Of a stretch of DNA of 64,000 bases, positions 55,451 through 64,000 are shown piece after piece. Under the pieces are notes generated by a model. The model was not told where the DNA came from. It was given only the letters and a program-made list of their open reading frames with translations, and made no database searches. Each line of letters opens with the position of its first letter. Position 1 is the first letter of the stretch. A program made the position numbers and the translations under genes. The stretch is from Acidimicrobiia bacterium (lineage in GTDB: Bacteria; Actinomycetota; Acidimicrobiia; IMCC26256; PALSA-555). Location of the stretch: contig SHUY01000001.1 of the NCBI GenBank assembly GCA_009694435.1, positions 345-64,344 of the forward strand. Reading direction: 5' to 3'.

Positions 55451-55945
55451 TCACCGCCAAAGGTATTTAGATGGCGACTCAAGCGATAGTTCGTACTCAA
55501 TCCAAGACGACCTAGTAGCCCCCGCTGAATCGTAAAGAGCCTGAGCACCCGTATTGTCTGGAGCCGTTGTCCAAACCAAGGCTTCGGCACCACGCAGGTA
55601 GGCATTAGCCGCGGCGGCTTTGAGTAATGCATCGCCCACCCTCTTGCGTCGATGCTCGGGCGATACATAAAGGTCGTGCAAACACACCACTGAGCGGGCA
55701 CTTACGGTATCGAGTCGCCAATGCAAACAGGCGTAGCCAACAATTATTGACCCGGTCAGGAATTTGGCTTCAAGCATCATTCCTTGATCTTTAGAGTCAA
55801 GTAACGAAGTAAAAAACGTTTTGTTGTGCTCGTGATTGGGTTCAACGCCATAAAAGCGTTGGTAATCTTCTATTAACGGTAAAAGTTCGTCGATACTATC
55901 AATCTCACTGGTTTTAACGGCTACGAAGCCAGAATTTTCGGTCAT
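55451..55945 (-). CDS. GNAT-family N-acetyltransferase
   Basis: 164 aa with the acetyl-CoA-binding motif region VSPEHRRKRVGDALLKAA. Confidence 0.8.
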   Translation of the reverse strand: MTENSGFVAVKTSEIDSIDELLPLIEDYQRFYGVEPNHEHNKTFFTSLLDSKDQGMMLEAKFLTGSIIVGYACLHWRLDTVSARSVVCLHDLYVSPEHRRKRVGDALLKAAAANAYLRGAEALVWTTAPDNTGAQALYDSAGATRSSWIEYELSLESPSKYLWR

Positions 55946-55947
55946 TA

Positions 55948-57306
55948 TTATCCGACTTTTATTCGGCGTCGAGCACGAACTAGGCGGTGCTCAGCCTGAA
56001 GACGAAATACTTGACGATGAACCGGCTGTAAAATTTTCCAGTAAAGAAAGCCCAAAACCCCTTTAGGACGCAAAATCCCCACTTGGATTAAAACCCCATC
56101 TTGTACTCGCCAACCCAACCAACCTTCACCGAAAAACCAACCTTCGGCGCGAAGAACTAGCTCGTTCGGAGAACGCTCTACCACCCGCCACCAGTCGACT
56201 TCGGCACCCGGTTCAACTGCTTCGGGCCGGCGAAGACGCCAGCGCTCGCCAAATAAGCGCCCGACCCACATTCGAATTCTCCACGCCGAGTCGAGCCCAT
56301 ACCAGTCAAGATCACCACCTATTCGATCAAAATCGTCATTTAGTTCTGACTCAAGGGCCTCATCAATAGGTATTTCTATCCGCTCAGTATAAATACCGTT
56401 GAGTAAGCCCGACTCTCGATCCATAACAGTTGCTTCCGCTGTTATCAATTGATCATCAAGCGCTTCTCGAATTGCTTGAGCAATAGGCGTCGGAATAATC
56501 GCAAACGCATCTTTAGTTTTCGTGGGGTTTCGTACTATTACCTCAGTTACTAAACTCTCAATTAGTGAGTGACTGACTTTGTTATTTACTGGGGTTACTA
56601 GATCAACCCAGTGGGAGGATAAGCGCGGAGTCAACAAAGGGATATCAACAATAACTGTTGACCATAGTCCACGCTCATGACCGTAAATACTAATCATGTC
56701 TCGATAGGTAGTTACTTCCCCACTACCAACTTCATATATACCTGGTTCAACTGATAATGATTTCTCTAAATAAAGCAAAACGTCACTCAAAGCAATAGGT
56801 TCAATCGCGGTGCGCACCCAGCGGGGGCACACCATAAACGGAAGGCGTTCAGTGAGGTAGCGAAGCATCTCGTAGCTAATACTTCCCGCTCCGATGATTA
56901 CTGCGGCACGCAATTCAACAACCTCAACTCCTTTAGCTCCCAGCGCGACTCCGACTTCTTGTCGGCTCAGCAAATGATCGGAGGTGGGATCTTCACCTAA
57001 ACCGCCAAGATAGACAATGCGCTTTACCCCCGCCGCTTTAGCCGCCTTACCAAAAGTTTTGGCCAGACTTAGATCACGAGCACGGAAATCGCCGACGTCT
57101 AGAGAATGAATTAGGTAGTAGGCCGCGTCGCAGCCTTCGAGCGCGCGGAGTGCCTCTTCGTAGTTGCCTACATCAACTGCTTGATTCGTCACGTTGCGAA
57201 AATCTGGAGCTCGTCGAGCCAGTGCCACTACCTTGTGCTCGCCCGCTAGAGCCTCCACTAGTCGCCGCCCCACAAATCCGGTGGCTCCAGCTACGGCTAT
57301 CTGCAT
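55948..57306 (-). CDS. NAD(P)-binding NmrA/atypical-SDR domain protein with DUF2867-like C-terminal domain
   Basis: 452 aa with the N-terminal Rossmann motif IAVAGATGFVGRRLVEAL. RBS AGGAGG. Confidence 0.7.
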   Translation of the reverse strand: MQIAVAGATGFVGRRLVEALAGEHKVVALARRAPDFRNVTNQAVDVGNYEEALRALEGCDAAYYLIHSLDVGDFRARDLSLAKTFGKAAKAAGVKRIVYLGGLGEDPTSDHLLSRQEVGVALGAKGVEVVELRAAVIIGAGSISYEMLRYLTERLPFMVCPRWVRTAIEPIALSDVLLYLEKSLSVEPGIYEVGSGEVTTYRDMISIYGHERGLWSTVIVDIPLLTPRLSSHWVDLVTPVNNKVSHSLIESLVTEVIVRNPTKTKDAFAIIPTPIAQAIREALDDQLITAEATVMDRESGLLNGIYTERIEIPIDEALESELNDDFDRIGGDLDWYGLDSAWRIRMWVGRLFGERWRLRRPEAVEPGAEVDWWRVVERSPNELVLRAEGWFFGEGWLGWRVQDGVLIQVGILRPKGVLGFLYWKILQPVHRQVFRLQAEHRLVRARRRIKVG

Positions 57307-57403
57307 ACCTCCTAGTGTGGCCGATTCTCACCCAACTCCCCCATTGGGTGCTTTTAACGCCCTAGGTGGTCATAGGAAGGCTCTAACCGGTAGCGTTTCG
57401 CCA

Positions 57404-58501
57404 ATGCCTATTGATCCCGCCCTGACTCACGCCGAAACCGCTCTCCTCGGCGAGCACCGGCCTTTGACTCGAGCCGAAGCCCAGGCGGTAGGAGCGGTGC
57501 CTCTCGATCAACTCCCCGACCTTATTGCCCTCGCCCATCGAGTTCGCCTTGAGTACTGCGGCGACACCGTAGAGTTGGAAAGTCTCATTAACGCCAAGTC
57601 GGGAGCGTGTCCCGAAGACTGTGCATTTTGTTCGCAGTCGGCTCAGTTTTCTACTCAAGCCGAGGTTTACCCGTTTCTTGATATCGATGAAGTGGTCGCT
57701 ACTGCTCGAGCGACCCGCGACGCGGGGGCAACACAATTCTGCATTGTGGTAGCAGTACGAGGTCCAGAAGAACGCTTACTGGCTAAAGTCATAAAAGCGG
57801 TTGCCGCGGTGCACCAAGAAACTGGATTAGAAGTAGCGTGTTCACTTGGCCTGTTGACTGCCCCTCAAGCTGAACGCTTAGCGGACGCGGGCGTGCACCG
57901 TTATAACCACAACCTTGAAACGTGCCGAGAAATGTTTTCAACAATTTGTACTACTCATACTTACGATGACCGAGTAGCGACTGCTCAACTCGCGCTTGAT
58001 GCAGGGATGGAACTGTGTTGCGGAGGAATCTTGGGTCTGGGTGAAACTTTAGAGCAGCGCATTGATTTCGCCTTTGAACTAGCAGAATTAGGACCTACCG
58101 AAGTGCCGATTAACTTGCTCGACCCTCGGCCAGGGACTCCACTAGAAAATCAAACTATGCTCTCGCCTCGAGCCGCTTTGCAAGCCATTGCTTTATTTCG
58201 TTTGATACTCCCCTCAGCTTGGTTGCGCTTAGCGGGTGGGCGCGAACGAGTGCTGGGTGAACTTCAAGGCATGGGACTACTGGCTGGCGCTAATGCTCTA
58301 ATCGTCGGCAATTACCTAACCACCACAGGTCGAAGCCCCGACGATGACATCGCGCTACTGGAAGCCCTCGGCATGCCTAAAGCCGAAGGGCCCGGAGAAG
58401 GTCGATTTATTGTCGACGGCAACGGAGCGCAATCACGTCCGGCAAAAGCACCGAACAAAAATTCAGTGCCCGTAGAGATCCTTAGCCCACGCTCGGGGTA
58501 A
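57404..58501 (+). CDS. bioB: biotin synthase
   Basis: Radical-SAM motif CPEDCAFCSQS, plus YNHNLET and GLGET. The ORF track starts at 57194, inside the divergent upstream gene. ATG 57404 (MPIDPAL) is preferred. Confidence 0.9.
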   Translation: MPIDPALTHAETALLGEHRPLTRAEAQAVGAVPLDQLPDLIALAHRVRLEYCGDTVELESLINAKSGACPEDCAFCSQSAQFSTQAEVYPFLDIDEVVATARATRDAGATQFCIVVAVRGPEERLLAKVIKAVAAVHQETGLEVACSLGLLTAPQAERLADAGVHRYNHNLETCREMFSTICTTHTYDDRVATAQLALDAGMELCCGGILGLGETLEQRIDFAFELAELGPTEVPINLLDPRPGTPLENQTMLSPRAALQAIALFRLILPSAWLRLAGGRERVLGELQGMGLLAGANALIVGNYLTTTGRSPDDDIALLEALGMPKAEGPGEGRFIVDGNGAQSRPAKAPNKNSVPVEILSPRSG

Positions 58502-59108
58502 CGGTTTCGTTAAAACGAGTCACGACGGGTCCAAACGGACCCAGAGTGATCTCCGTAATTGAAGCCACGCTTAATCGAAATCGCCACGCGAGTTCAGGTG
58601 AACCGTGTAAAGCCCACACCAGCGCTGCTTTGATGGGAGAAGTATGACTTACCGCCACCACTACTCCGCCGGGGCTGTCGGGATCGGGAGAGTGAGCCCG
58701 CCGAACTAAGTCATCAAGACATTGTCCGACGCGTATCTGGACTTGAGCCAAACTTTCTCCCCCTGGGGGTGAAAAATCAGGATCGACGCGCCACTGCTTC
58801 CAGACTTCAGGGGCAATTTCGTCCACCGGAAGCTGGTCCCACTCGCCATAATTCATTTCGATGAGCCTCTCGTCGACTTCGGGAGTGACGGCCAAGGCGT
58901 GACCAATGGCGGCAGCAGTTTCTTGAGTCCGCAGCAGCGGGCTAGTCACTACGGCATTGATCTTTCGCCCTGTAAGTTCTTGGGCTAAGTAATCGGCTAA
59001 AGCGGCTACTTGAACAATGCCAGTTTCATCAAGTCTTGGGTCGGCTCGACCTAATAGCAACCCGCGATGATTGGCTTCGGTGCGTCCGTGACGCACCAAG
59101 ATGATCAA
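58482..59108 (-). CDS. histidine phosphatase family protein (CobC/acid-phosphatase-like)
   Basis: The RHG motif ILVRHGRTEAN and a later H in AVSHTSPI. The preferred start is the TTG at 59108, which overlaps the upstream TGA as TTGA. The ORF track extends to 59168. Confidence 0.75.
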   Translation of the reverse strand: MIILVRHGRTEANHRGLLLGRADPRLDETGIVQVAALADYLAQELTGRKINAVVTSPLLRTQETAAAIGHALAVTPEVDERLIEMNYGEWDQLPVDEIAPEVWKQWRVDPDFSPPGGESLAQVQIRVGQCLDDLVRRAHSPDPDSPGGVVVAVSHTSPIKAALVWALHGSPELAWRFRLSVASITEITLGPFGPVVTRFNETVTPSVG

Positions 59109-59584
59109 TTTTCGCTCAGTTCTAGACGGCCGGTGCGCAAAAAGGCCCGGCGGGGCCCAGGCTGCCAAAGGTCATAACGACCCACCAGCCACCAACAAGC
59201 CACGATTCCTATTATCTCTTCTACGATCAGCACTACCCCGCCCGGGAAAACTGCGGAACTACCAAATCCGATTCCACTAAGTGGCCACCAAAATTGAGCG
59301 CCGTTAGTGAAAGCACCGGATAATACTAACCCGCTAAATATTCCGATCGGTAAACATAACCACCGCCGCCGCATTAGGCGCGGTTTGCCAATGGTGCTAA
59401 TCATTACCACCAGTAAAACTATTACCGGAAAAGCCAAGGTAGAACCAAAGACTCTATGCCCAAATAATAAATTTATCGCGTTGGGGAGTAACGCCCCAAC
59501 GGCGATCAGACGGTAATCGACTCCCACACTTTGAAACACCAACACGACAGCAAGAACCGAAACGCCGATATACCAAAAAAACAT
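59105..59584 (-). CDS. integral membrane protein, unknown function
   Basis: 159 aa with about four or five hydrophobic helices. It is tightly packed between the RNase H and phosphatase genes. Confidence 0.6.
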   Translation of the reverse strand: MFFWYIGVSVLAVVLVFQSVGVDYRLIAVGALLPNAINLLFGHRVFGSTLAFPVIVLLVVMISTIGKPRLMRRRWLCLPIGIFSGLVLSGAFTNGAQFWWPLSGIGFGSSAVFPGGVVLIVEEIIGIVACWWLVGRYDLWQPGPRRAFLRTGRLELSEN

Positions 59585-59586
59585 TT

Positions 59587-60015
59587 CTACTGCTCATACT
59601 CGACTTGAGCGTCAAGAGCGGCATTGACTAAAAAATCAGCCTCGGTATTTTTCTCGCGTGGCACATGATCAAGATCAAAAGCATGAGTATTTCGTAATAA
59701 AGCTAGCGCTTGCGCGTGCAGAGGTTTTAGGTGTGGCTGTTTCACTTTCCACACTCCTTGGAGTTGACGAATCACTAACAGTGAATCACTCCGTACTCGC
59801 AACAACTGCGCCGGAAAATTAGCGGAGATTTCAAGCCCCACGATCATGGCGCGATATTCGGCCACATTGTTCGTGGCTACACCAATAGTTTCACTGACCG
59901 AAGCCAGCACTTGGGGCGGTGAGGTGGACGGATCGTAAACCACTGCACCAATACCTGCGGGGCCCGGATTACCCCGTGCCCCACCATCGGTATAAAGCTC
60001 AACTACTTCTCTCAT
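59587..60015 (-). CDS. ribonuclease H (type 1 fold)
   Basis: YTDGGARGNPGPAGIGAVV, NNVAEYRA and the C-terminal EKNTEADFLVNAA. The ORF track extends to 60054, overlapping the upstream gene. ATG 60015 (MREVVELYTDGG) is preferred. Confidence 0.8.
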   Translation of the reverse strand: MREVVELYTDGGARGNPGPAGIGAVVYDPSTSPPQVLASVSETIGVATNNVAEYRAMIVGLEISANFPAQLLRVRSDSLLVIRQLQGVWKVKQPHLKPLHAQALALLRNTHAFDLDHVPREKNTEADFLVNAALDAQVEYEQ

Positions 60016-60020
60016 TTCGC

Positions 60021-60728
60021 TCACGGGACCAAAATGCAGCCACAGTTTTCGCACGAAGCGGCGGTACCTTCGGGTGCTTTACGAATCCGCTCGGCCTCTA
60101 CATTAGGAATAGTCAGGTGGCAGCCTTCGCACCTCACGCCGACCAGTCGCGCTGCTCCAGCCCCATTAGCCCGACGACGGTCATAGTCCGCTAAAAGTTC
60201 GGGTGCCACTGTAGAGGCTATCGAATTACGCTGATTGACTTCTTGGTCTATTTCAGAATCAATGGTTGCTAACTCAGCAGCCAAAGTGGCCGACAGAGTT
60301 TTGGTCTTCACATCGGCTTCGGCGCGCGCAGCTGTCACCTCGGCTAGTTGAGCGTCAAGGGGTTCACGGATTTCCATTGCCTCGAGTTGGAGATCTTCAC
60401 ATCCGCGAACCTGGCGTTTAAGTTGTTCAATATCAGCCTGTAAGGCTTGAAGTTCGCGGGGAGCAGTTACATCGCCCGAGTAAAGCCGAGCCTCGGCTAC
60501 TGCTGCGTGTTCAGAAAACTTAGCCACTTCATTGGCCCGCTTAGATTCGTCACGAGCAACCTCGTCACGCGCCGAACCGATGTCTGTGGTTAGCGCTTCG
60601 AGTTTGGTTATTTGACTATCAACGAGGGCAATCTCTTGGCGTAGCGGGTGGTGGGCGTGGCGGTACTGAAGTTGATCGATGGAGCGATCGTGTTCTTGCA
60701 AAACAAGGAGCGTTTTTAAATCGGCCAC
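60021..60728 (-). CDS. coiled-coil protein with C-terminal C4 zinc ribbon (COG1579/DUF164-like, Rv2229c-like)
   Basis: 235 aa. Long heptad-like helices are followed by RCEGCHLTIP...SCENCGCILV. GTG start. Confidence 0.7.
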   Translation of the reverse strand: MADLKTLLVLQEHDRSIDQLQYRHAHHPLRQEIALVDSQITKLEALTTDIGSARDEVARDESKRANEVAKFSEHAAVAEARLYSGDVTAPRELQALQADIEQLKRQVRGCEDLQLEAMEIREPLDAQLAEVTAARAEADVKTKTLSATLAAELATIDSEIDQEVNQRNSIASTVAPELLADYDRRRANGAGAARLVGVRCEGCHLTIPNVEAERIRKAPEGTAASCENCGCILVP

Positions 60729-60801
60729 CCTATGAAGGTACGCGCAAATGGGGGTCGAAGAGCGACTTCAGAGAAATAAAGGCTACGGTTTCTCAGGGTG
60801 G

Positions 60802-62901
60802 CTAGGGCTTACACCCAGGTAGCGTCACTGGTGGTATAGCTGCCGGATTGCACTGCGGCAAGGTGGTAGGAGGAGTGGTGGTCGAGCTGGTGGTGGTCGG
60901 GTTGATCACGATGATCGGTGGCACCAGCGTCGGGAGAGTGGAGTTCAAACTGGCCGAACCTCCTCGGCCGGCAGTCGTAATGGCGGCTCCCGCGCGCACG
61001 CAGTCGGGGCCGGCGGGCGGAAATTCGGCTGCGGGTTGATTGGCGAGCGCGGCGTCCATGAACAACTTAGAAATGCGAGCGGGGATTTGGCCACCAAAAC
61101 CTGCTCCGGAAATACGGGCGGTGGCGTTTCCGTGCCAGACGAAGTCAACCAAAGTGGGCGTAATTTGGATGAAGTTGGCGTCAGCTCGGTTGTCGGTAGT
61201 ACCAGTTTTACCCGCCGATACTCTCCCGTTTAATCGAGCCGCAGTTCCGGTTCCTCCAGTGATAACTCCGCGCAAAATATCAATCGTGCAAGCGGCCGCC
61301 GCGGAAGAAATGGCTCGGCGCTCAGGATTATTGCGGGCCGCAGTGAAAATAACTTGGCCGTCAGGTCCAATAATTTTCTCAACGAAAATAGGGTCGTGCC
61401 GTACTCCACCGTTAGCCAAAGTTGCCGCGACCGTAGCCATTTCGAGCGCGGTCGACTCAATAACTCCCAGCGTAAGGGTCAGGTAGGGCTTGAGGGTATC
61501 TTGCGAAATACCTAATTTTTTGGCTGTATCAATAACTTTTTGCGACCCCACCGATTGTTGCAATCGAGCAAAAGCACAGTTGACCGACCCTGAAGTAGCC
61601 GATCGCAGGGTCATAGTGCCCCCACCGCCTTCAGCGTTTTGTGTTCTCCCCAGCGCACCAAACTCACACGGTGAAGTGCCTTCGATGGAGTCGTTAGGTG
61701 AGTAGCCGTTTTCAATCGCAGTAGCGAGAGTAATAACCTTCCAAGTTGAACCTGCTTGACGACCCGGATAACTAGTAGCGATGTTGTATTGGCTTTCCCC
61801 AAATCCAGGCCCCGCGACCATAGCTTTTACCGCCCCCGTGCGAGGATCTATCGAAACCAAAGAACCCGTCCAGCCGGGTTTTTCGGGCAAAACTTGATCC
61901 ATTGCGTTTTGAGCGTCTTCTTGCATAACGGAGTCAAGGGTGGAAAAGATTTTTAGCCCTCCGGTGAGCACTGCGTTTTTTCGCTGCTCGCGCGTTGCCC
62001 CCAACATAGAAAACATTGGGGCGTCATAAAGTTGGTCTTGCACTTCTTCGGTCCATGAATTAGTAGGGCGCAACTCCGCGGACGGTTTTACGGTCGGCAA
62101 CGGCTCGGCGTTGCCCGCGGCTTCTTCGGCTTCGGTTATATACCCCTCCTTGACCATCGAGGCCAGCGCTAATCGCCTTCGCTCTTTAGTGCCGTCAGGA
62201 TTAACGAACGGATTATTCCCCTCAGGGTTAGAAATAACTCCAGCTAGTAAAGCCGCCTCGCCTATGGTCAATTCACTTAATTTTTTCCCTCGGGGAAACG
62301 GCTGGCCGGGGTCGACGGTTAAGAAAAATCGTTCGGCGGCTGATTTGATTCCGTAAGAACCTTGCCCAAAGTAAACGGTATTCAGATACTGCTCTAAAAT
62401 TTCGTTCTTAGAGTATTTCTCGTTGAGCCGTAAGGCCAAAACGATTTCTTTTACCTTGCGGTTTACGTCGCGAGAAGAAGAAAGGATGCGATTTTTTACT
62501 AGTTGCTGGGTGATGGTTGAACCACCCTGTTCTATTTTGCCCGAAGTCAAGTTGGTTACGAACGCCCGCGCCAGACCGTTAAGGTCGATTCCGTCGTTAG
62601 TCCAAAAAGTGCGATCCTCGACCGAGATGACCGCATCTTGAACTATCTTGGGCACCTCGGCTAAAGTGGCTTGTTCTCGGTTTTGGGTGCCCAAAATCCC
62701 GATCACACTACCCGCGGAGTCATAGACAGTAGACCGTTGAGACAAATCCCGCAGTGGGGCAACACCCCCGCTCACCGAAGTATTAGCTTGAGTCAAAGCC
62801 ACCACCCCAGGGATAAGGGCCGCAAAGCATGCTCCTATCACCACTCCCCCCACAACGATAGTTATGAGGAAATTGCGCGCAGCACTACCGGCTTTAAACA
62901 T
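60802..62901 (-). CDS. class A penicillin-binding protein (bifunctional glycosyltransferase/transpeptidase)
   Basis: 699 aa with an N-terminal TM anchor, the GT51 motifs EDRTFWTNDGID and GGSTITQQ, the transpeptidase motifs STWK and KTGTT, and a Thr/Pro-rich tail. Confidence 0.9.
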   Translation of the reverse strand: MFKAGSAARNFLITIVVGGVVIGACFAALIPGVVALTQANTSVSGGVAPLRDLSQRSTVYDSAGSVIGILGTQNREQATLAEVPKIVQDAVISVEDRTFWTNDGIDLNGLARAFVTNLTSGKIEQGGSTITQQLVKNRILSSSRDVNRKVKEIVLALRLNEKYSKNEILEQYLNTVYFGQGSYGIKSAAERFFLTVDPGQPFPRGKKLSELTIGEAALLAGVISNPEGNNPFVNPDGTKERRRLALASMVKEGYITEAEEAAGNAEPLPTVKPSAELRPTNSWTEEVQDQLYDAPMFSMLGATREQRKNAVLTGGLKIFSTLDSVMQEDAQNAMDQVLPEKPGWTGSLVSIDPRTGAVKAMVAGPGFGESQYNIATSYPGRQAGSTWKVITLATAIENGYSPNDSIEGTSPCEFGALGRTQNAEGGGGTMTLRSATSGSVNCAFARLQQSVGSQKVIDTAKKLGISQDTLKPYLTLTLGVIESTALEMATVAATLANGGVRHDPIFVEKIIGPDGQVIFTAARNNPERRAISSAAAACTIDILRGVITGGTGTAARLNGRVSAGKTGTTDNRADANFIQITPTLVDFVWHGNATARISGAGFGGQIPARISKLFMDAALANQPAAEFPPAGPDCVRAGAAITTAGRGGSASLNSTLPTLVPPIIVINPTTTSSTTTPPTTLPQCNPAAIPPVTLPGCKP

Positions 62902-63078
62902 CAGGTATCAAGAATGGCATAGTTCAAGGCCTATTTTCGTTCAGAGCCAACGAATCCGTAGTTTTAGCGGATTTCTCCCCCTTGCGGCGGCGCTTAGCTC
63001 GCGTGAACCCAGTCCAAGGTTTTACCCCGGGGTCGTATTCACTAGACAGTAGGCAAGAAAAGCCGAAAGGGGTAAAAA

Positions 63079-63828
63079 ATGATTTCACCGGAATCAAGAG
63101 GGAATTTGGTTTCGAAGGAACATTTCGGGCCTAACTCGCCGCATCAAATCGATAACCCGTTTATGACCCAAAAATGGCGAGACGCGATTTTTATCAATTG
63201 GCCGGTACCGGCCGCGGCGGTGGCTCGAGTTATCCCTAATGGACTTGAGCCTGATTTATTTAATGGCACAGCTTGGGTTTCGTTAGTTCCTTTTCGAATG
63301 GAAAACCTTCGTATTCGACACTTACCGCCGATACCAGGTACGAGGAATTTTGGTGAAGTTAATGTGCGTACTTATGTACGCGGCCCCAATGGGCCTGGAG
63401 TTTGGTTTTGCTCTCTTGATGTCCACGCAGCGCTCGCGACTTTGGTGGCCAGAACTTTTTACCGACTTCCCTATTATCACGGCGAGGTAAGCGAAACTCA
63501 GGCGGCTACTACCTCTAATTGGAAGGTAAGGAGAAAACGGCCAGAAGTAGTTGCCGGTGAACTAGAGATAGAAAAACTAAGTACGCCGGTAAACGACTTA
63601 CTGAGTGTTTTTCTTACTGCCCGATGGCGACTTTACTCGGGGCGATCTAAAAAACTCCGGGTGGCTCAAGTCGATCATCCTCCTTGGGATTTAGCCGAAG
63701 CTAAAATCAAAAAATGCACTACCGGATTAGTAGATCATGCGGGTTTTGATGTCTCTGAAGCAACACCCACTGCTTACTGGTCGCCGGGAGTGCCCGTTAG
63801 AGTGACAGCACCGAAACTAACCCGATGA
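63079..63828 (+). CDS. DUF2071 (YqjF-like) family protein
   Basis: 249 aa with WRDAIFINWPV and WVSLVPFRM family-like motifs. RBS AAAGGGG. Confidence 0.6.
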   Translation: MISPESRGNLVSKEHFGPNSPHQIDNPFMTQKWRDAIFINWPVPAAAVARVIPNGLEPDLFNGTAWVSLVPFRMENLRIRHLPPIPGTRNFGEVNVRTYVRGPNGPGVWFCSLDVHAALATLVARTFYRLPYYHGEVSETQAATTSNWKVRRKRPEVVAGELEIEKLSTPVNDLLSVFLTARWRLYSGRSKKLRVAQVDHPPWDLAEAKIKKCTTGLVDHAGFDVSEATPTAYWSPGVPVRVTAPKLTR

Positions 63829-64000
63829 GTGAAGTTGAACCCGAAAAACCCACGGTCTTTTACGATTCCGAATGTGGAGTGTGCTCGGCCATTGTTAGAA
63901 AAGCGGCTAACCGATACTCCGAAGTACAGTTTTGTCCTTCGACTCAACTAGCTGACACGAATAAAATTGAGCGGGCTAACCGCGAGATGCTCTTGACTAC
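63825..64000 (+). CDS. thiol-disulfide oxidoreductase DCC-family protein (DUF393), 5' fragment
   Basis: An ATGA overlap with the previous stop. The translation MSEVEPEKPTVFYDSECGVCSAIVRKAA contains the CxxC of the DCC family. The gene runs off the window end. Confidence 0.6.
   Translation, partial: MSEVEPEKPTVFYDSECGVCSAIVRKAANRYSEVQFCPSTQLADTNKIERANREMLLT

Noticed and set aside
55065-55701. ORFs 55065..55385, 55207..55470 and 55429..55701 in the gap after the rhodopsin gene.
   Set aside because: The region is explained by RNase P RNA on the minus strand, where the conserved P4, GGUAAGAGCGCACC and ACAGAA elements are all present. The ORF translations are Pro/Arg/Ser-rich with no motifs.
57194-57403. 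A 70-codon N-terminal extension of bioB in the ORF track.
   Set aside because: It overlaps the divergent NmrA/DUF2867 gene on the other strand and is Ala/Pro/Ser/Arg-rich. The conserved BioB sequence begins after ATG 57404.
1-64000. A search for CRISPR arrays, rRNA, transposases or integrases, toxin-antitoxin pairs and defence islands.
   Set aside because: I saw no repeat-spacer periodicity and no recognisable mobile-element or defence-system proteins. Intergenic space is too small to hide additional genes.

Overview
This is a gene-dense chromosomal window with about 60 protein genes, 2 RNA genes, and no rRNA, CRISPR array, transposase or integrase. By inference the source is an actinobacterium, possibly an Acidimicrobiia-like photoheterotroph. 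The basis is an actinobacterial-looking type-A RNase P RNA, Rv2229c/Rv2228c-like synteny, a HelD-type helicase, a PIG-L/LmbE deacetylase and a DTE-motif rhodopsin.

Contents in order:
- 1..21 kb: a large acyl-CoA/lipid catabolic cluster. It holds two thiolase-like plus DUF35 modules (one with an HMG-CoA-synthase-like::DUF35 fusion), a crotonase, two roughly 300-aa SDRs, a MaoC hydratase, two ACADs, an acyl-CoA synthetase, an ALDH, a hydantoinase B/A pair and a TetR regulator. A tRNA-Cys is embedded in it.
- 21.6..27.3 kb: a Liv-type ABC importer with a 914-aa fused permease.
- 28.4..34.2 kb: a Dpp/Opp-type ABC importer.
- 34..45 kb: housekeeping and miscellaneous genes (fumC, nuclease, CocE/NonD hydrolase, PepF-like peptidase, HelD-like helicase).
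- 45.1..46.2 kb: a TlpA/ResA-like thioredoxin-fold gene interrupted by one in-frame TGA.
- 47.4..52.7 kb: a second Liv-type importer.
- 52.8..54.9 kb: a carotenoid-cleavage oxygenase plus rhodopsin two-gene unit, followed by rnpB.
- 55.4..64 kb: GNAT, NmrA/DUF2867, bioB, an RNase H / membrane protein / histidine phosphatase / zinc-ribbon block, a class A PBP, DUF2071 and a partial DCC-family gene.

Most interesting observations:
1. The in-frame TGA falls exactly at the redox-motif position of the TlpA-like gene and has a SECIS-like hairpin 14 nt downstream. This makes it a candidate selenoprotein.
2. A palindromic TGAC-N6-GTCA motif occurs five times. Every copy I found is intergenic or at a gene boundary, two of them flank the TetR gene, and the motif links the catabolic cluster to the first Liv transporter.
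3. A CCD-family oxygenase appears translationally linked to a green-tuned DTE proton-pump rhodopsin.
4. The locus contains an archaeal-style thiolase/HMGCS-like/DUF35 architecture.

All family calls come from motif recognition by eye. No database search was run.
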